From Ministeria vibrans ATCC 50519 (lineage: Eukaryota; Protista; Filasterea), in contig CALSCP010000141.1 of assembly GCA_943704425.1 (NCBI GenBank), forward strand, positions 1 through 64,000: 64,000 nt of DNA, given 5' to 3'. The notes beneath the pieces are model-generated. The model was given only the letters and a program-made list of their open reading frames with translations. It searched no databases and had not been told where the DNA came from. Shown here one piece after another: positions 47,166 to 60,000 of this stretch; within the stretch, counting starts at the first letter, position 1; the number at the start of each line of letters is the position of its first letter. The position numbers were made by a program, and so were the translations under genes.

Positions 47166-50100
47166 TCACTCGGCAAAGGAACCGTAGGCCCCTCCGGCAC
47201 CACCCAAGGACGCTGGTGTTGTCTCAAGCGAGCGTCCCGTGGCACTACGACTACGCTGGCGTGCGTCTGATACCGCCTTATCCTGTAGCGGTGCCGCGGG
47301 TGAGGCCAGAGGCGCCCGCGCATCGACACTGGACACACTGCGTTCGCGACGACTCGGCGACGGTAGCGTGAGTGGTTCATCTTCGGGTACGGGAGTAGAC
47401 GCGGGGGTTGCGGTGCCCGAGGCACGACCAGAGCCAGGCGTCGTGCTGTTGCGCCACGACCAGCGCTTGGAGGGACTCGTCGTGGGAGTGGACGACGCTG
47501 ACGATGGCTCAGGCGACATGGAGCGAGTGGGTCGCCCGGTACTGAGGCTGCGTGCGCGGCCATCGCCAGATGCTTCTGGCACGGCGTTGATTGAGCCGGA
47601 CTGCGCTGCAGCAGCGACCATTTCAAGGGGTGTCTGGGATTGTTGATAGGATTGAAACTTGAGAGTGGGTTCAGTCGAGGAAGGGGCGTCGGTGGAGGGG
47701 AGGGCGGCCGACGGGGCAGGGAGCCCCGAGACGTGGTGTGACGACTGATGCTGATCGGGAATGTCAGTGCGAGACGCCGCCTCGACCACAGACGAGTAGA
47801 TGCTTTTGATGCCTCGTTGCATGCGCGAAAGAAAGGCAGAGCGACCGGACGAGGACGAGGAGGCAGAGGCTGAGGCAGACGAGTGTGACTCGAGAGGCAC
47901 ATTGGTAACGGCACTCTGCTCCGAAACGGGCTGGGGTGTTGCGGCGTCGCGCATCCACGCAGTGCGCTCGGCAAAAATGCGCTCTTTGGCCGAGGGAGCA
48001 CAGAAAAGCAAGTCAATGTACTTGTGCCGAATGAACTACAAGGAGAGAGGGTGTGTGTGGGAGTTTGAGAGTTTGAGAGACGAAAAAGAACAAAGTAGTA
48101 ATAAAAAACAATTAATGAAAGAACATGTGTGATTTATGTGTGCAACATAGAAGTGAACCAATATGAAAGCCCACACCTGTTCACGGTCTTCGCGGGAGGA
48201 CTGTTCTGTCGGGCGGGGCAGGGTAACGGCATGCTCAAGCTCGGCGTTGACGGCGTCGTTGCCCTTGTCCAGCAGTCGTTGAAGGGCCGAGTTTGACCAT
48301 CGATCAAGACGAATGGAGCGTACCTGCGAAATGTGTGTGCCCAGACTGCGGTGGGCGGCCGAGCACTCGAGACAAAGTGTCACGCCAATGCTGATAGACG
48401 CCCACTGCGGCTGGGGCACACCGCAGTCGGCACACTGCTGGTTGCTTGCATTGCTCATGATCACGTCAATCAGGTCGATGGTGTGCCGACGAGGCGGACC
48501 GGTCCGTGCGCTATCACTGGACGCACCGGTGCTGCCGTCGGGCTCATCGCTGCTGCTTATCATACCCGGCGTGCCGGCCGCGGACGACAACGGCAACGAC
48601 ACCGACTGGCCAGACGAGGGCGAGTGGGGCTCGGTGGAGTGCACAGCGGATGTGATAGCCTCACGCAAAGCATCCACCCACAAGGTGCGCATGAGCGAGT
48701 CTTCCGCTTGCAGCACGAGTGTTTTGCGCGGCGAGATCACATGAAAAGTGAAAGGCCGGTCGTTGGGTTCGCTTCCGCCCAGTTTGACAGTCGCAATACT
48801 GAGTGGTACAACACTGCGCGGTTGTGTGTCGCCCCGTCGCCGCTGCAGCGTCAATGTGTTGTGATGAATCGCAGCGTACACATAGCTCCACGACCATCCT
48901 GTGCCCAGCGCCCGTCGCTCGCCTAGGTACACGTAGCCCGAGGGTGGGTCGCCCAGTGTCACAGGGATCTCGCTTACATCACATGCGCCAATGGATTCGT
49001 CCGTGTCAGGACCTGAATGTGCGTCTGCAGTGGGCGAATCACTGACTGCGCTTGCCGATGCGGCCGCAATTGCTTCGGCAATGGCTGGGTCACCTGCGGT
49101 TGCGTCGTCATGGTCGTCAGTAGCTACAATCACTCGGGAAGGACCGCCACCACTACTATTATTACTACTACTAATGCTACTAGTAATACTGCCACTTTGA
49201 GACGCATCCGTCACTGTCGCTGACTGGAGAGCACGGGCGGCCGTGGTTGCGCCTGGAGGGGCGCGCGAGAGTGATGACGACTGTTGTTGTTGTTGTTGTT
49301 GTTGTTGTTGAAGTTGAAGTTTTAGTGCCTGATCGGGCGAGACAAGGTCGTGGGCTTGAAAGCGAATGAGAGCGGCGGTGCGAACACGATCTTCGTTCTG
49401 CAACACGCGCTCCTTCTCCTGCTCAAGCTCAGCCATGCGCGCAGCACGCGACTCCTGCATGGAGCGAAGGGTTCCATAGAGGTCACCCAGGCGCTCCTGA
49501 AGATTGTCGCCAAAGACGCCCGACGAGATGCGGTGGTACGTAAGGCGTGAGGCCATAACATCGAGAAAAATGCCCAGCAGCCAGCTGCCCTTGGCTGAGT
49601 GGAGGCCGTTGAGCGCAACGACGGCATCACAGGTGCTGCGGTGACGCTGACGATCTGACTCATGAAGCTACGTGTAAAGGACGAAACATGGATGGAAGGT
49701 GTGAGCGCAGCCGTCAGCTTGACAAGGCGTCCGTACCTGCACAGCGAGCTCCGAGGCGGCTGCGTAGTCGCGCTGCGGACGACATCCGCGCAACTTGTCG
49801 CGCAGCGCGTCGGTGCTGGCCGTGAGCGACTCGGCGCGCTTCACAGCACCCTTGACCGAGTGGATGTCTCGCTCAATAAAGGCGGCGGGCGCCTCGACAA
49901 GCGCATGGTGCAGCTGCTGCACGAGCATGTCGCGGTGTTCGTCGGCACTGTCAAAGGCCGCCATGAACTGCTCCAGCGCCGCGCGCGTTGGCTTGGCGCT
50001 CGCGTCTTCTGCTGCACATTGCGTGTTTACATACACCTGGACTTCCTTGGTCATCTGCTGCATCGCCAGCGTCTGTTCTCGCTGTGAAATGACATCAACA

Positions 50101-50276
50101 CCAATTTTGCTGCTGCTGTTGTTGTTGTTGTTTCGTACCAAAGCGCGCACATGACGGGACGCCGCCTTTCTCAGCCGTTGAAGATTCTCCTCCAGCTGGT
50201 TGGCGCGCTCTAGCGACTCGTCATACTGGCTGACAAAGGTCGGGGTCGCCTGGGCGCAATCGAATAAAGAAAGCAT
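47166..50276 (-). CDS. BAR-PH-ArfGAP protein (ACAP/centaurin-beta-like) with disordered tail, multi-exon
   Basis: Helical N-terminus (DCAQATPTF...); PH SGYVY..W..FTFHVISPRKTLVLQAED..W; ArfGAP CADC..WASISIGVTLCLECSAAHRSLGTHISQVRS; spliced FIRHKYID. Confidence 0.88.
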
Positions 50277-50419
50277 TTTGACTGAGAAGTGGGAAGTGAA
50301 GAAGATTAGAACATGAAGAAGAAGACGAATTACGTGTCAACTAAGTCAAATATTAGTCAATTGATCATTCGACATTCTTCTGTCTTCATCTCTTTTTCTT
50401 TTCCTCTTCCCTTAGTCGC

Positions 50420-51993
50420 ATGGTGTCTTCACTAGTGTTCCGTGTGGTGTGCACATGGAGCGGCTACGTGTATCCGGCATACTCTTCGTACAAGGCGATC
50501 AAGGTTGAACAAACGATGCTCTCCAACGCCTCCCGCTCACCCTGCGGCGCTCTCTAGTACAAAAACATCAAGGAGTACAACGGGTGGATGATGTACTGGA
50601 TCGTGTTTGCGCTGTGGATCGCTGCCGAGCTGGTCTTCGACTTCTTTGTGTCCTGGCTGCCCTTCTACTACTTTGCCAAGACCGCCTTTGTCATCTACCT
50701 CTCCCACTTTCGCGTACGCAACAACACCCCCCTCCCCCCCACATCTCCTCTCCTCTCTCTACCACCTGCACTTTTTTATTTCCCTTTTTTTTCTCTCCTT
50801 TTTTTTTTCGAAAATGTTTCGTCTCGTTTTTTTTATTCGACCCTCTCGTTCTGTTCCTTCTCTTCACTTCCTGACCGCTCCACCCTCCCCATTGCGCACG
50901 CGCGCTGTATACCGTGGTGCACGTGCGCATGCCCCGAACACACTCCGCTTCCCTCTCAAATCGGCCAATCTTTCTCTCAAGTTCACCTCCAAAGTGTATC
51001 TCTCCTTATTGTTCTCTCTCACCACACCCATTTGGCTTGCTTCAGGGGGGAATTGGACTGTACAAATCTGTGATCCATCCGACCTTCCGGCAGCACGAAC
51101 AAGTGATCGACGAGGCGATTGACAGTGCTGCCAGCGAAATGCGCGTCCAGTCAGTCAAGTACGGACGCATTGCCATGGACTACATTCAAAACATCATTGT
51201 CCACTCGGCAAACCACACCCGCGAGTTTGTTGTGCGGCAAATGCTTGCCCAACAAGAGCGTCGCATGCTCGGCGGCACCGCAGACAACGACGCCGCGTCA
51301 GTGGGCACAGCACGAATTACAGAGTTGTCCGACAACGAAGAAGACGGTGACAAGAGCGCACCGCAGCGTACTCGTGCCATTCGACCAACCTCCCTCAAGC
51401 GCAAGCCATCGTCAAAGAGCAGTGCTACTGCAACAGCAGCTGCGCCGTCCGTGACGACGCGCGCTCAGGCACAAGCCGCAGCAGCCGCCGTCCACCGCCA
51501 GCCTACCTCAACTTCGTTCTTCTCGCGCTTCAGCCTCTCCTCGACCACAAGCACGCCCACCACTGCCACCACCACTGCATCGTCGTCGTCGTCCTCCTCG
51601 GCTGTACCGCGCTCCTCCTCGACATCCTCCTCCGCATCGACATCGTCACGCCGTCTTCCCGAGACGCCCCCTCAACAGTCTTATACGGTGCCCGATGACC
51701 CGCTCACCGACTCGTGGGTAGTCGACGACGAGCTTTTCTACGAGCGTGCCGACGACCTATTTGAAGAAATGGGCTCGCCTCGTGCCCCCAGCGTTCACTA
51801 TGCCAACAGCAAGGCAAACCACCACGACGGCGACCTCAGCGATCCTGTCTCACCTTACGCTGTGCCCGACCAGTCGTCTCGCCTACGTCGTCGTCGTCCC
51901 TCCACCCCCTCCTCCGATAACTCGGCTTTTGACCAACTCAACGACTCAACCTCGCTTGCACCCGATCCGCCAAAGAGTCGCTGGGGTTGGTGA
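50420..51993 (+). CDS. Receptor expression-enhancing protein (REEP1-4 / TB2-DP1-HVA22 family), 3 exons
   Basis: [47 protein letters not shown]; long S/T-rich tail. Confidence 0.9.
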
Positions 51994-52123
51994 TCCGTAA
52001 GAAATATTTTTGTATCAAATTTCAAATGAATGAAGAATAGTCGTCTTGTTGGGACTTCCATTATTATTATTATTATTTAGTATATTAAATATTTAGTCAT
52101 TCTTTTTGACATTTCCATTGGCC

Positions 52124-52682
52124 ATGTCGTTCACCCCTCGCTGGACTGGTGCAATCTTGTTCAACGAGCGAGGGGAGTTCTTGGAGAGCAGGCACGACGA
52201 GGGGGCGGGTGTGGTTGCGGGCCAACTGCTCCGCATTGATCAAGCGCACGTCGCCACACTCGCCCTTGCCGCCACCGAAGCACGCTTTGTCACGGAGCTC
52301 CAGGAAGTCCTTTCGAAGATTGACGGGGTCTTCAGCCACATTCTGGGGCTGCTGCAGACGGCTGCGGTACCGCACAGGCGTCGCACATTCGGTTGTTGAT
52401 GTTTGTTTCATGCAGCACGTCGAAGCGCAGGGACACAGCCCCGAATCGGCGCGTGTGCTGACAGACATCGAGAAGGATCTTTGCGTGCGTCACGCGGAAG
52501 CGATAGGCTTGATCGAGGAGGTGGCGGCGCGATCAGTGAAGTGTCGCGAGATCTGCGACCTAAACGCTGAATACCTCGCCACCATTGTAGACGCCGCGTC
52601 CTTCGATAGCTTCCAACAAAAGCTTGACTTTGAACGCGAGCTTCTTACTCGCCTGCACGCGTTTCTAGGCGTGGACTTGTGA
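52124..52682 (+). CDS. Uncharacterised 169-aa helical protein (intron 52367-52415)
   Basis: Two ORFs joined in phase 0 by a 49-nt GT-AG intron; coding-like composition. Confidence 0.65.
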
Positions 52683-52861
52683 CATTATCCTTTGTACATA
52701 TTACGAATTTATTCAGACTTACTTTGATCGCTCATCGGCCATCGAACCAGTGCTTACACGGATAATAAGTAATTAGTAGTGACTGATTACCAGTCTTTTC
52801 TCACACTTTTCACTTCCAAGCGTCTTTTCATCGCATCTCCCGTCGTCTGACTCGTCTCCCA

Positions 52862-53934
52862 ATGGTTGTGTCGTGGTACGCACGCTGGGCCAATCGTCGA
52901 CCCTCATCTCTCTTTTCCGGTCTACAGCGCACTTGCTCTTGCCTCTGCAAGCGCTCACGAGTCGGTCCAGAGATTCCTTGAAGACACTCTGGGACACCCT
53001 GCCGCCGAGCAGTTTACGGCTTCGTGTGCGGCGTATTTGCCCGAAAAACGACAAGGTTTGCACTGGGCGATCACTTCACTTCGCCGCTCCTCTCCTGCCG
53101 ACTGTTCCTGACCGACCCTGCCATCCATGTAGACGCCAGTGGCAATCTGGCACACCCTCTCTTTGTCATGTCGTACAGCGACGATCTTGATCATGTCTAC
53201 GCCGTTTCAAACGACATTTGTGTTCAGGTATCGTTTTGATTGAAGTTGTGTTTCTCTCTCTATCACTTTGTTTCTCTCTCTCTATCACTTTGTTTCTTTC
53301 TCCCTCCTCTCTCTATCACTTTGTTTCTCTCTCTCTATCACTGTGTTTCTCTCTCTCTCTATCACTTTGTTTCTCTCTCTATCACTTTGTTTCTTTCTCC
53401 CTCCTCTCTCTATCACTTTGTTTCTTTATCCTCTCTCTCTATCACTTTGTTTCTTTCTCCTCTCTCTATCACTTTGTTACTCTCTATCACTTTGTTTCTC
53501 TCTATCACTTTGTTTCTTTCTCCTCTCTCTCTTGCTATTTCTGACGGTCTGTCTAGGCCCACCGTGACTTTGAAGTGTTGGTGACTGGTACCACTCTGAA
53601 GGGATTCTACCGCAAGCTTCATCGTAGCACGACAATTGCCGGCAAGACGTACCATTGTAGCCAGGGCATCCGAGTGCGCCTGGGCCAGGCCATTCTCAAC
53701 GGGGCCGCTCCAGGGTTTGTGCTTCAAGTGGATCACACGGAATCGAGCGAGTGGTGCGACGAGTCTGAGGCAGTCCTGCGCCAGTGGCTTGCCGGCTTAC
53801 CCTCGAGTGTCCTCGCACCCTCGGCCACACTCGACGAGCTCTTTCGCCCCGCCGGGATGGATCGATTGCCTGCCGAGTACTCCCGACGCCACCTTAGCTT
53901 ACAGTACATTGCCGCTCTCGCGGCTGCCCTCTGA
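52862..53934 (+). CDS. MED20: Mediator subunit 20, 4 exons
   Basis: MVVSC..F..C..Y; LFVMSY; AHRDFEVL..LKGFY..GKTY..VRLG..GFVLQVD..QY, parallel to recalled MED20. Confidence 0.72.
53248..53530 (+). repeat. Intronic minisatellite, core CTCTATCACTTTGTTTC
   Basis: About 10 tandem copies; same family as 13020-13312. Confidence 0.9.
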
Positions 53935-54078
53935 ACCCTTGTATGATTTGATAGTGTAAATAAACAATAATGCAATATAAGCCACAAAATGTTTTGAATA
54001 ATCATAAATCAAATTTCATTATTAATTTCCAAAAGGTCTTCTTTGCCGAGGTCCAGAGCCCAGGAAGCAGCAGACGCA

Positions 54079-57000
54079 ATGGGAAAACCTCCAAAGGCCC
54101 CGCCCACCAAACCCAAATCGAGCCGCAAAAACGGAACCGATGAAAACACTGACGCATCGCTCGACATCCGGATCCCTGCCGTCGGCGACCGTGTCTGGGT
54201 CGTTGATCCTACGGATGCGTACAAAATTGCAACGGCGCGCTCGGTCACTCTGTCCTCAGGCGAGTGTATGGTCGAAGTAAGTGTCCGTTGCCATTTCTCT
54301 GCCCTACGCATAATCGCCCGCTCCAACGACTCTCAGCCCCTTTCCTGCTTGCCATCTCACTTGCCCTCATCTTTACACCGGTCCTTGCTGGTCTTTCTTT
54401 CATGAAATGGATGAAACCGAAGACAAACCGCCGCGAAACAATTACCGCTGCTTTGTTCACCCCTCTCATCGCCCCCACGTGCAGGTTGTCGACGACAAGT
54501 ACAAGACGAGCGTGGTGGCGGCGTCTGCCACGAGCCCCGTCAATCCGTCGTCCCAGGACGGCGCCATGGACTCGACGCAGCTCATGTACCTGCATGATCC
54601 GTCGCTGCTGCACAATGTTCGCGTCCGCTACGCACAACAGGACATCCATACCTACACTGCGCACATTCTTGTCGTCATCAATCCTTACCAGCGCCTCAGC
54701 ATCTACGACGCGGTCACCATGCACCGTTACGAAGGCCGTCCCATCGGTGCGCTTCCCCCTCACGTCTTTGCTATGGCAGATCGCGCCTACCGCCAAATGA
54801 AATCTCAACATTGCGATCAGTCGGTCGTCGTCAGCGGCGAGTCGGGTGCAGGCAAAACCGAAACATGCAAGCTTGTCATGCGTTACTTCTCGTTCGTGGG
54901 CCGAGGTGACGCCGACTCGGATGCCTCCGCCTCCATGCGGGATATTGAGACCAAAGTCATGCAGGTACGCTATACTCTCGCACCCTCTTTCCCCGAATAA
55001 TTGTTTTTTGTTTGTGTGCAAGGTGAACCCTGTTCTGGAGGCGTTTGGCAACGCAAAGACGCTGCGCAACAACAACTCGTCGCGCTTTGGCAAGTTCACC
55101 GAGATGCGCTTTGATGGTGCCGCCAAGCTGGTAGGTGCCTCGGTCGAGACGTATCTTCTGGAGAAACCGCGTGTGGTGGCGCCGGCCGAAGGCGAGCGTA
55201 CCTTTCATGTCTTCTATCAGCTGGTGGCGGGTGCGTCGGCTGCAGACCGCGGGCGATGGCACCTCGACAATAACGCGACCGCAAGCGACTTTGATGTGCT
55301 CGCACGCGGACACTGCACTTCCATTGGCGGTGTCGACGATGCCGCGGATTTTACCGAGATGCGTACAGCCCTGGGCACCGTGGGCTTTGCACCGGAAGAG
55401 TGTGCTAGTGTCTTTGACGTAATTGCTGCTCTGTTGCATCTGGGAAATGTGTCTTTTGAAGGCACGGCTGCTCGCTCCGCGACGCCCTCAAGCCGTCTGA
55501 GCGACGTGGGTCGCAATGCCGCAGCGCACGTGAGTGTTCTTCTGGGCATCCGCGAGTCATTGTTGTGCGAGCGACTCACATTACGCATCATCAATGCGGG
55601 TGGACCCAAGGCACGCACACAGGGAAGCCGTAGTGGCGCTGGTGACACTATGAAGATTCCACTGTCACCCTTGGACGCCGAGTTTGCACGCGATGCTCTG
55701 GCTAAGTACATATATGCCCGTCTCGTCTTTCCCTGGCTCGTCCACCGCATCAACTCCTGTCTGCCCCGCGACGACGCCGTCTCGGCCGCCCTCATCGGCA
55801 TCCTTGACATTGCCGGCTTTGAGGTGTTCGAGCGCAATGGCTTTGAACAGCTTTGCATTAACCATGCCAACGAACAGATCCAACAGTACTTTAACCGGCA
55901 GATTTTGCTGCAGGAACAGGATATTTACGAACTCGAAGGGTTACGCTACCGTCGCGTCGAATTTCACGACAACACCACTACCATCGATTTGCTCGAGGAG
56001 CGATCGCAGGGCATTCTGGCGCTGCTCGACGAAGAATGCGTCATGCCCAAGGCAACCGACAAAACCTTCACTAACAAGGTCTGTCTTCGTTTTTCATATT
56101 TCGCGTTTCTAATTTTTTTTCTCTTTTTTTTTGTTCCTACACGCACACACGCTCTCTCTGTCACTTTGCTTGTTTCTCCCTTTTCTCACTTTGTTTGTTT
56201 CTCCCTCCTCTCACCTTGTTTGTTTCTCCCACCTTTCACTTTGTTTGTTTCTTCCTTCTCTCCCTTTGTTTCTCCCTTTTCTCACTTTGTTTGTGTCTCT
56301 CTCCCTCCTCTCTCTTTTCTCTCTTCTGTCTTCCTCCCTATCTTGGTTGCTTTCTTTGGTCGTTAGGTGCACACAATACATCGAGGCTCACCGAGTCTCG
56401 GCCGACCAGATCGCACGTGCCCCTTGAAGGAAGACGATGCGTTTGTGGTGCGCCACTTTGCAGGAGACGTTATGTACGCCACGGCCGGCTTCCTCGACAA
56501 GAACAACGACGCCCTTCACGACAGTCTTCAGGAAGTGCTCACCACAACCGAAAGCGACTTTGTGCGAGTCTTGCTTGATCTCGATGCGAGCGACAGCCAA
56601 GTGGGCGGCGGCCGCTCCCCCTCCAAGTCTGGCCGTGTCAAGTCGGTTGCCCGTCGTTTCCGCACTCAACTTGCCTCGCTCCTTACGCGCCTCAACAGCG
56701 CCCCGTCCACATTCATTCGTTGCATCAAGCCGAACATGCAGCAGGTGCCGCGCATCTTTGACGGGCCCATGGTCATGAACCAGCTGCGTTGCAGTGGCAT
56801 GTGTGCCGCCGTGCGTCTGATGCAGGCGGGCTTCCCAACGCGCTGTCCCTTCGATTCGCTCTTCAGTCGCTACGCCCCGAAAATGCCCTATGCCATTGCC
56901 AATCTAAAGCCAGCTCTGTTTTGTGAGGCGCTTCTTGTTGCACTCGACCTCAGTCCCAAAGACTTTCAGATTGGTCTTACCAAGGTATTCTTTCGACCGG

Positions 57001-60000
57001 GCAAAATGGCCGTGCTCGAGGAGCTCCTCTCGACCGACTCAGAAGAGAAAATCCAGTCTGTTGTGGCCCGTGTCAAACGCTGGCTTGCCCGTCGTCGCTT
57101 TCGCAGCGCCATACACTCTGTGCTTGCCTTTGAGCGCATGCGTCGTCGCCTCGTCGGCATTCGTGCCCTCAAGAAGCTCCAGCGTGCCGTACGCATTGTC
57201 GTTCGCATGCGCCCCTGGTTCCGCATCCTTCGTCGCTCGCGGGCCCGTCTCATGGAACGCCGTCGCGCCGAACAACTTGAAGCGGAGCGCGAGGCCGATC
57301 GGAAGCGGGCCGAGGAGGAGGCAGCGCGTGAATTGGAGGCCCGTCAGAAGCGTGAACTCGAAGAGAAACTCGAGCGCGACCATCGTTTGGCGGAGCTTCG
57401 TCGTCAGCAGGAGGAGGAGCACTCAAAGCGCGCCGAGTACGAGAAGGAGCTGCAGGCGACGCGCAAGGCCGTGTCGGCTTTTGATGGCGAGCGACTCACG
57501 TGGCAGACGGAACGTGAGGGATTGTTGGCGCGGGTCGACGAGGCGGTCGCCCAGGTAGCCACTGCCGCCCAGAACAAGGCGGCGCTCGAGTCACAGCTAG
57601 GCGAACTCCAGAGTGCCAAGGATCAGCTGCAACAGGAGACTACTGCGGCCCAGGCGGCGCGCACGGCTCTTGAGTTGCGTGTGCGCACCATGGAAGAACA
57701 GCGCGAGAGCGAGCTGACACAACGCAGCGAGGACACTTCCGAGATGCAGCGTGCTCTTGACGACGCTATTACGTCACGTCAAGAGCTCGAGTTGCGTCTG
57801 CAAGATGCAGAACAGCGTCTTGGTGCTCAGACGCGCTTGGTCGAGGAAGGGCGTGCGACGATTGCGAGCGAGCGAGAGGAACGCAGTGCCGTCGAGCGGC
57901 TGCTCAAGGTGAGTGAAACAGAGAGAGTTGCTCTGGTGAGTTCGCACGAGGCCGAGTGTGTTGCACACACCCAGCAGCTGGAGATGGTCACTCAGGCGCG
58001 TGTCCGCCTTGAGGGTCGTGCCGAGGAACTCGGCGAACAACTGCGTGAATTGCGCCAAGAGCAGCAAAGCATGCGCGAAGAGTTAGCGGCCGCCAAGTCA
58101 AGTGCGAGCACCGCAACGGAACGCGTGAGCACCCTTGAAGCGCAACGCGCCGAGGAGCAGCGTATGCATCAGATGGAGGCGTCGTCGGTCGACCGTGAGC
58201 TTGGCGTTGCGCTGGCCACTCGCCAAGAACTCGATCTGAAACTTCAGTCGGCACAGCACGAGGCGCACAGAGCACAGGAGACGCTCTCGGCGGTGCGCAC
58301 AGAGCTCGCGTCCGAACACAGTTTGCGGGACGCCAACGATCAGCGTGTTCGCGAACTCGAGTCTCAGCTTGAGTCGATGCGCGGCGAACACCAGCTTGCA
58401 TTGTCGTCGCTGTCACAGCAACTGGGCGTGGCGACCGGCTCGAGCCAGGTCTTGCGAAGTCGCATTGAGGAACTGGAGCGCACTTTGGCAGCCCAAGTCT
58501 CGACACACGACGCACTCACGACCGAAGCAAGTACGCTGCGTGCGCGCTGTGCTCTTCTCGAGAGTCGCAGTGAAACGCTCGAGCGGCAGCGTGCCGAGGC
58601 CCAGACACTCCGCGAGGGCACCGGGACACGTCTGCAAGCGCAGTTGCGTGAGAGCACCAAGCACCGTCTGCGTCTCGATGGGTTGTTGCAGGCGGCGCAT
58701 GCAGCGCATCGCCGTGATGTTGCGCTGCTTGGCCTCCTTCGCTGGCGCGTACAAGTCAAACTAATTGCATTCAATCGTTTACAGGCGGAGAATCATGAGC
58801 AGACGGCTGCATTGATGGCGCGCGTGCACACGTCGGAGGATTTGGCGCGCGAGAAGAGCGCCGCTCACGAGCAGCTGCGTCTCGAGATGGTGGGACTCGA
58901 GCGTCTCAATGCCATCAACATGGAGGCGAGCACACGCGAGGCCGACTGGCAGTTGCAGTCGATGCGGCGCGAGGCGGACGCCATCGCACAGGAGCTCGAT
59001 TTGGAACGGGAACGGTACGCGACGCTTGAAGAGAAGGTGTCGATGCTGGAGCGGGCGCGTCGTGTGCTGCAGTGGCAACAGAGTGCCGAGCGCGCACGCC
59101 TGCAGCGTTCCGAGCAAGAGTGGCGTCAGCGCTGGGAAAACGAGCAGGCGACCGCCATGGCGGCTCTGCAAGAGCGCGACGAGTTGCGACAGCGCGTCGC
59201 AGTTCTTACCGCTGCCATGCCCAAGCGCCGCCGTGAACGCTCACACCAGTCCAAGGGAGGCATGATGGTCCAAGGCACGGGCATTGTTGGACTCGACGAC
59301 GGCGACGACGACCACGGCAACAGCGAAGCAGTGCCGGCGGCCGTTGTAGTCGAACGTGATCAGCTGCGTGCGCGCGTGGCGCGTCTTGAGCAGGAAGCCG
59401 GCACGGCCGAGTCGGAGCGGAACAAGCTTGAGGAGGATGTGGCGCACAACGAGGAGGTGCTCGAGGAACTGCATCGAATGCTACAGCTTGCTGTGGAAGA
59501 GGCGCGACAGCTTCGTGAAAGTGCGGCTGCTGCTGCTGCTGGTGGCAGTGCTGGTGCCGGGGGTCTCCTAGTGGACGCTGCAGGGGGTGGCAGTCGGACG
59601 CAGCGATTGAGCGTGACTGCACCCGGCCAATGCGACGCGTGTAGCTCGTCGCGACGTCCTTTGCACGAGGCGAGTGTACATGGCCACGGCGCCTGCGTTG
59701 TGGCGGCCATCAAGGGATTGCAGTCGTCAAAGGGCGCCACGATGTTGCTGGGGGAGCAAATGGACGAACTCGACGACAACAATGCGACAGCGATTCACGT
59801 TGCGGCCAGCGCCGGCTCCGAAGAGTGTCTGCGTCTGCTGGTGGAGGCGGGAGCGAACCTGGAGCGTCGCGACGACATGAAACGCACAGCGTTGCATCGG
59901 GCCGCCATGAAGGGACACACCAAGGTGGTGGAGCAGCTTGTGCGCATGCGCGTGGCGCTTGACAAGATAGACGAGCGCGGCAAGACGCCCCTTGACATTG

